Source of the DNA: an uncultured delta proteobacterium
GTDB taxonomy: Bacteria > Myxococcota_A > Polyangia > Fen-1088
Length of the DNA: 64,000 nt
Assembly: GCA_963767925.1 (NCBI GenBank)
Contig: CAVYGB010000008.1
Location: 2,784,001 to 2,848,000 of the forward strand
Direction of reading: 5' to 3'
Position 1 is the first letter of the stretch; every line of letters begins with the position of its first letter. This document shows positions 63,238 to 64,000 of this stretch, one piece after another. The translations under genes were made by a program, and so were the position numbers. The notes beneath the pieces were generated by a model. That model made no database searches, was not told where the DNA came from, and saw only the letters and a list, made by a program, of their open reading frames with translations.

Positions 63238-64000
63238 GTGCCCTCGGCCCGTCCGGCCATCGACCGTATGTCGGGGTACGTGCCGGGCGAGCAGCCCGGT
63301 CCTGGCGACAAGGTCGTCAAGCTCAACACGAACGAGAACCCCTACCCGCCCAGCCCCCGGGTCATGGCGGCGATCCGCGGCCTCGACCCGGAGTGGCTGC
63401 GCCGCTACCCCAACCCGAACGCCGATGGCTTCCGGGAGGTGGCCGCCCGGGTGCACGGCGTCTCGCCCGACATGGTCATCGCCGGCAACGGCAGCGACGA
63501 GATCCTCGCCATCGTGGTGCGCACCTTCCTCGACCCCGGCGACACCGTGGCCTGGCCTGATCCCACTTATTCGCTGTACCCGGTGCTGGCCGAGATCGGC
63601 GAGGTGCGGGCGGTGGCGGTCCCCTGGGAGGCGGGCTGGCGGCTGCCGGTGGCCGCGCTGCTGGCGGCCGGCCCCCGGGCGATCTTCTTCGCCAACCCCA
63701 ACGCCCCCTCGGGGACCGTTGTGGCGCCCGAGGTGGTGCGCGAGCTGGCCGAGCGCAGCCCGGGGATCGTGCTGGTCGACGAGGCCTACGTCGACTTCGC
63801 CGACGGCGACTGCCTGGAGCTGCTGTCCCGCTGCCCCAACGTCATCGTGAGCCGCACCCTCAGCAAGGGCTACGCCCTGGCTGGCCTGCGCTTCGGATAC
63901 GCCCTGGCGGCGGCGCCGCTGGTGGCGCAGATGAACAAGGTGAAAGACAGCTACAACTGCGACGCCCTCGCCACCGCCGCCGCCCAGGCCGCCCTGCTCG
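63238..64000 (+). CDS. hisC: Histidinol-phosphate aminotransferase (3' end outside the window)
   Basis: YVPGEQP, KLNTNENPY, GNGSDE, NPNAPSG, DEAYVDF, RTLSKGYALAGLRFG; absent from the ORF track because no stop falls in the window. Confidence 0.93.
   Translation, partial: MPSARPAIDRMSGYVPGEQPGPGDKVVKLNTNENPYPPSPRVMAAIRGLDPEWLRRYPNPNADGFREVAARVHGVSPDMVIAGNGSDEILAIVVRTFLDPGDTVAWPDPTYSLYPVLAEIGEVRAVAVPWEAGWRLPVAALLAAGPRAIFFANPNAPSGTVVAPEVVRELAERSPGIVLVDEAYVDFADGDCLELLSRCPNVIVSRTLSKGYALAGLRFGYALAAAPLVAQMNKVKDSYNCDALATAAAQAALL

Overview
A very GC-rich bacterial window, most likely Myxococcota. The signs are PEGA- and TPR-containing Ser/Thr kinases, a MYXO-CTERM-type protein and Cys-rich lipoproteins. 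I can support about 52 intact or partial CDS, one tRNA-Ala(GGC), two broken genes and two non-coding palindromic elements. The main blocks are: (1) larB-larC coupled to a PAS histidine kinase, with a larA homologue 51 kb away; (2) a divergent locus with two Fur-box-like sites, driving a delta-60 beta-propeller lipoprotein plus a truncated cupredoxin on one side and DUF3088 on the other; (3) two divergent sulfatase/LTA-synthase-like paralogues with a flippase-like protein and an FkbM methylase; (4) fur/tonB/tolB-like genes; (5) alr-galK-galT followed by a Cys-less Fur-family gene and ahpC-ahpD, which share a 15-bp palindrome; (6) a 14.6 kb eight-gene operon (TPR-HEXXH peptidase, DUF4159, MoxR, DUF58, BatA-vWA, DUF4175-like, vWA/GATase-like, caspase-like fold lacking the catalytic Cys); (7) housekeeping genes (SMUG1-like, fumC, hsp20, sugar dehydrogenases, cysH, hisC). 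A 164-bp MITE-like element sits exactly on a stop codon. All family calls come from motif recognition by eye; no database searches were run. Start codons were adjusted by hand and are approximate.
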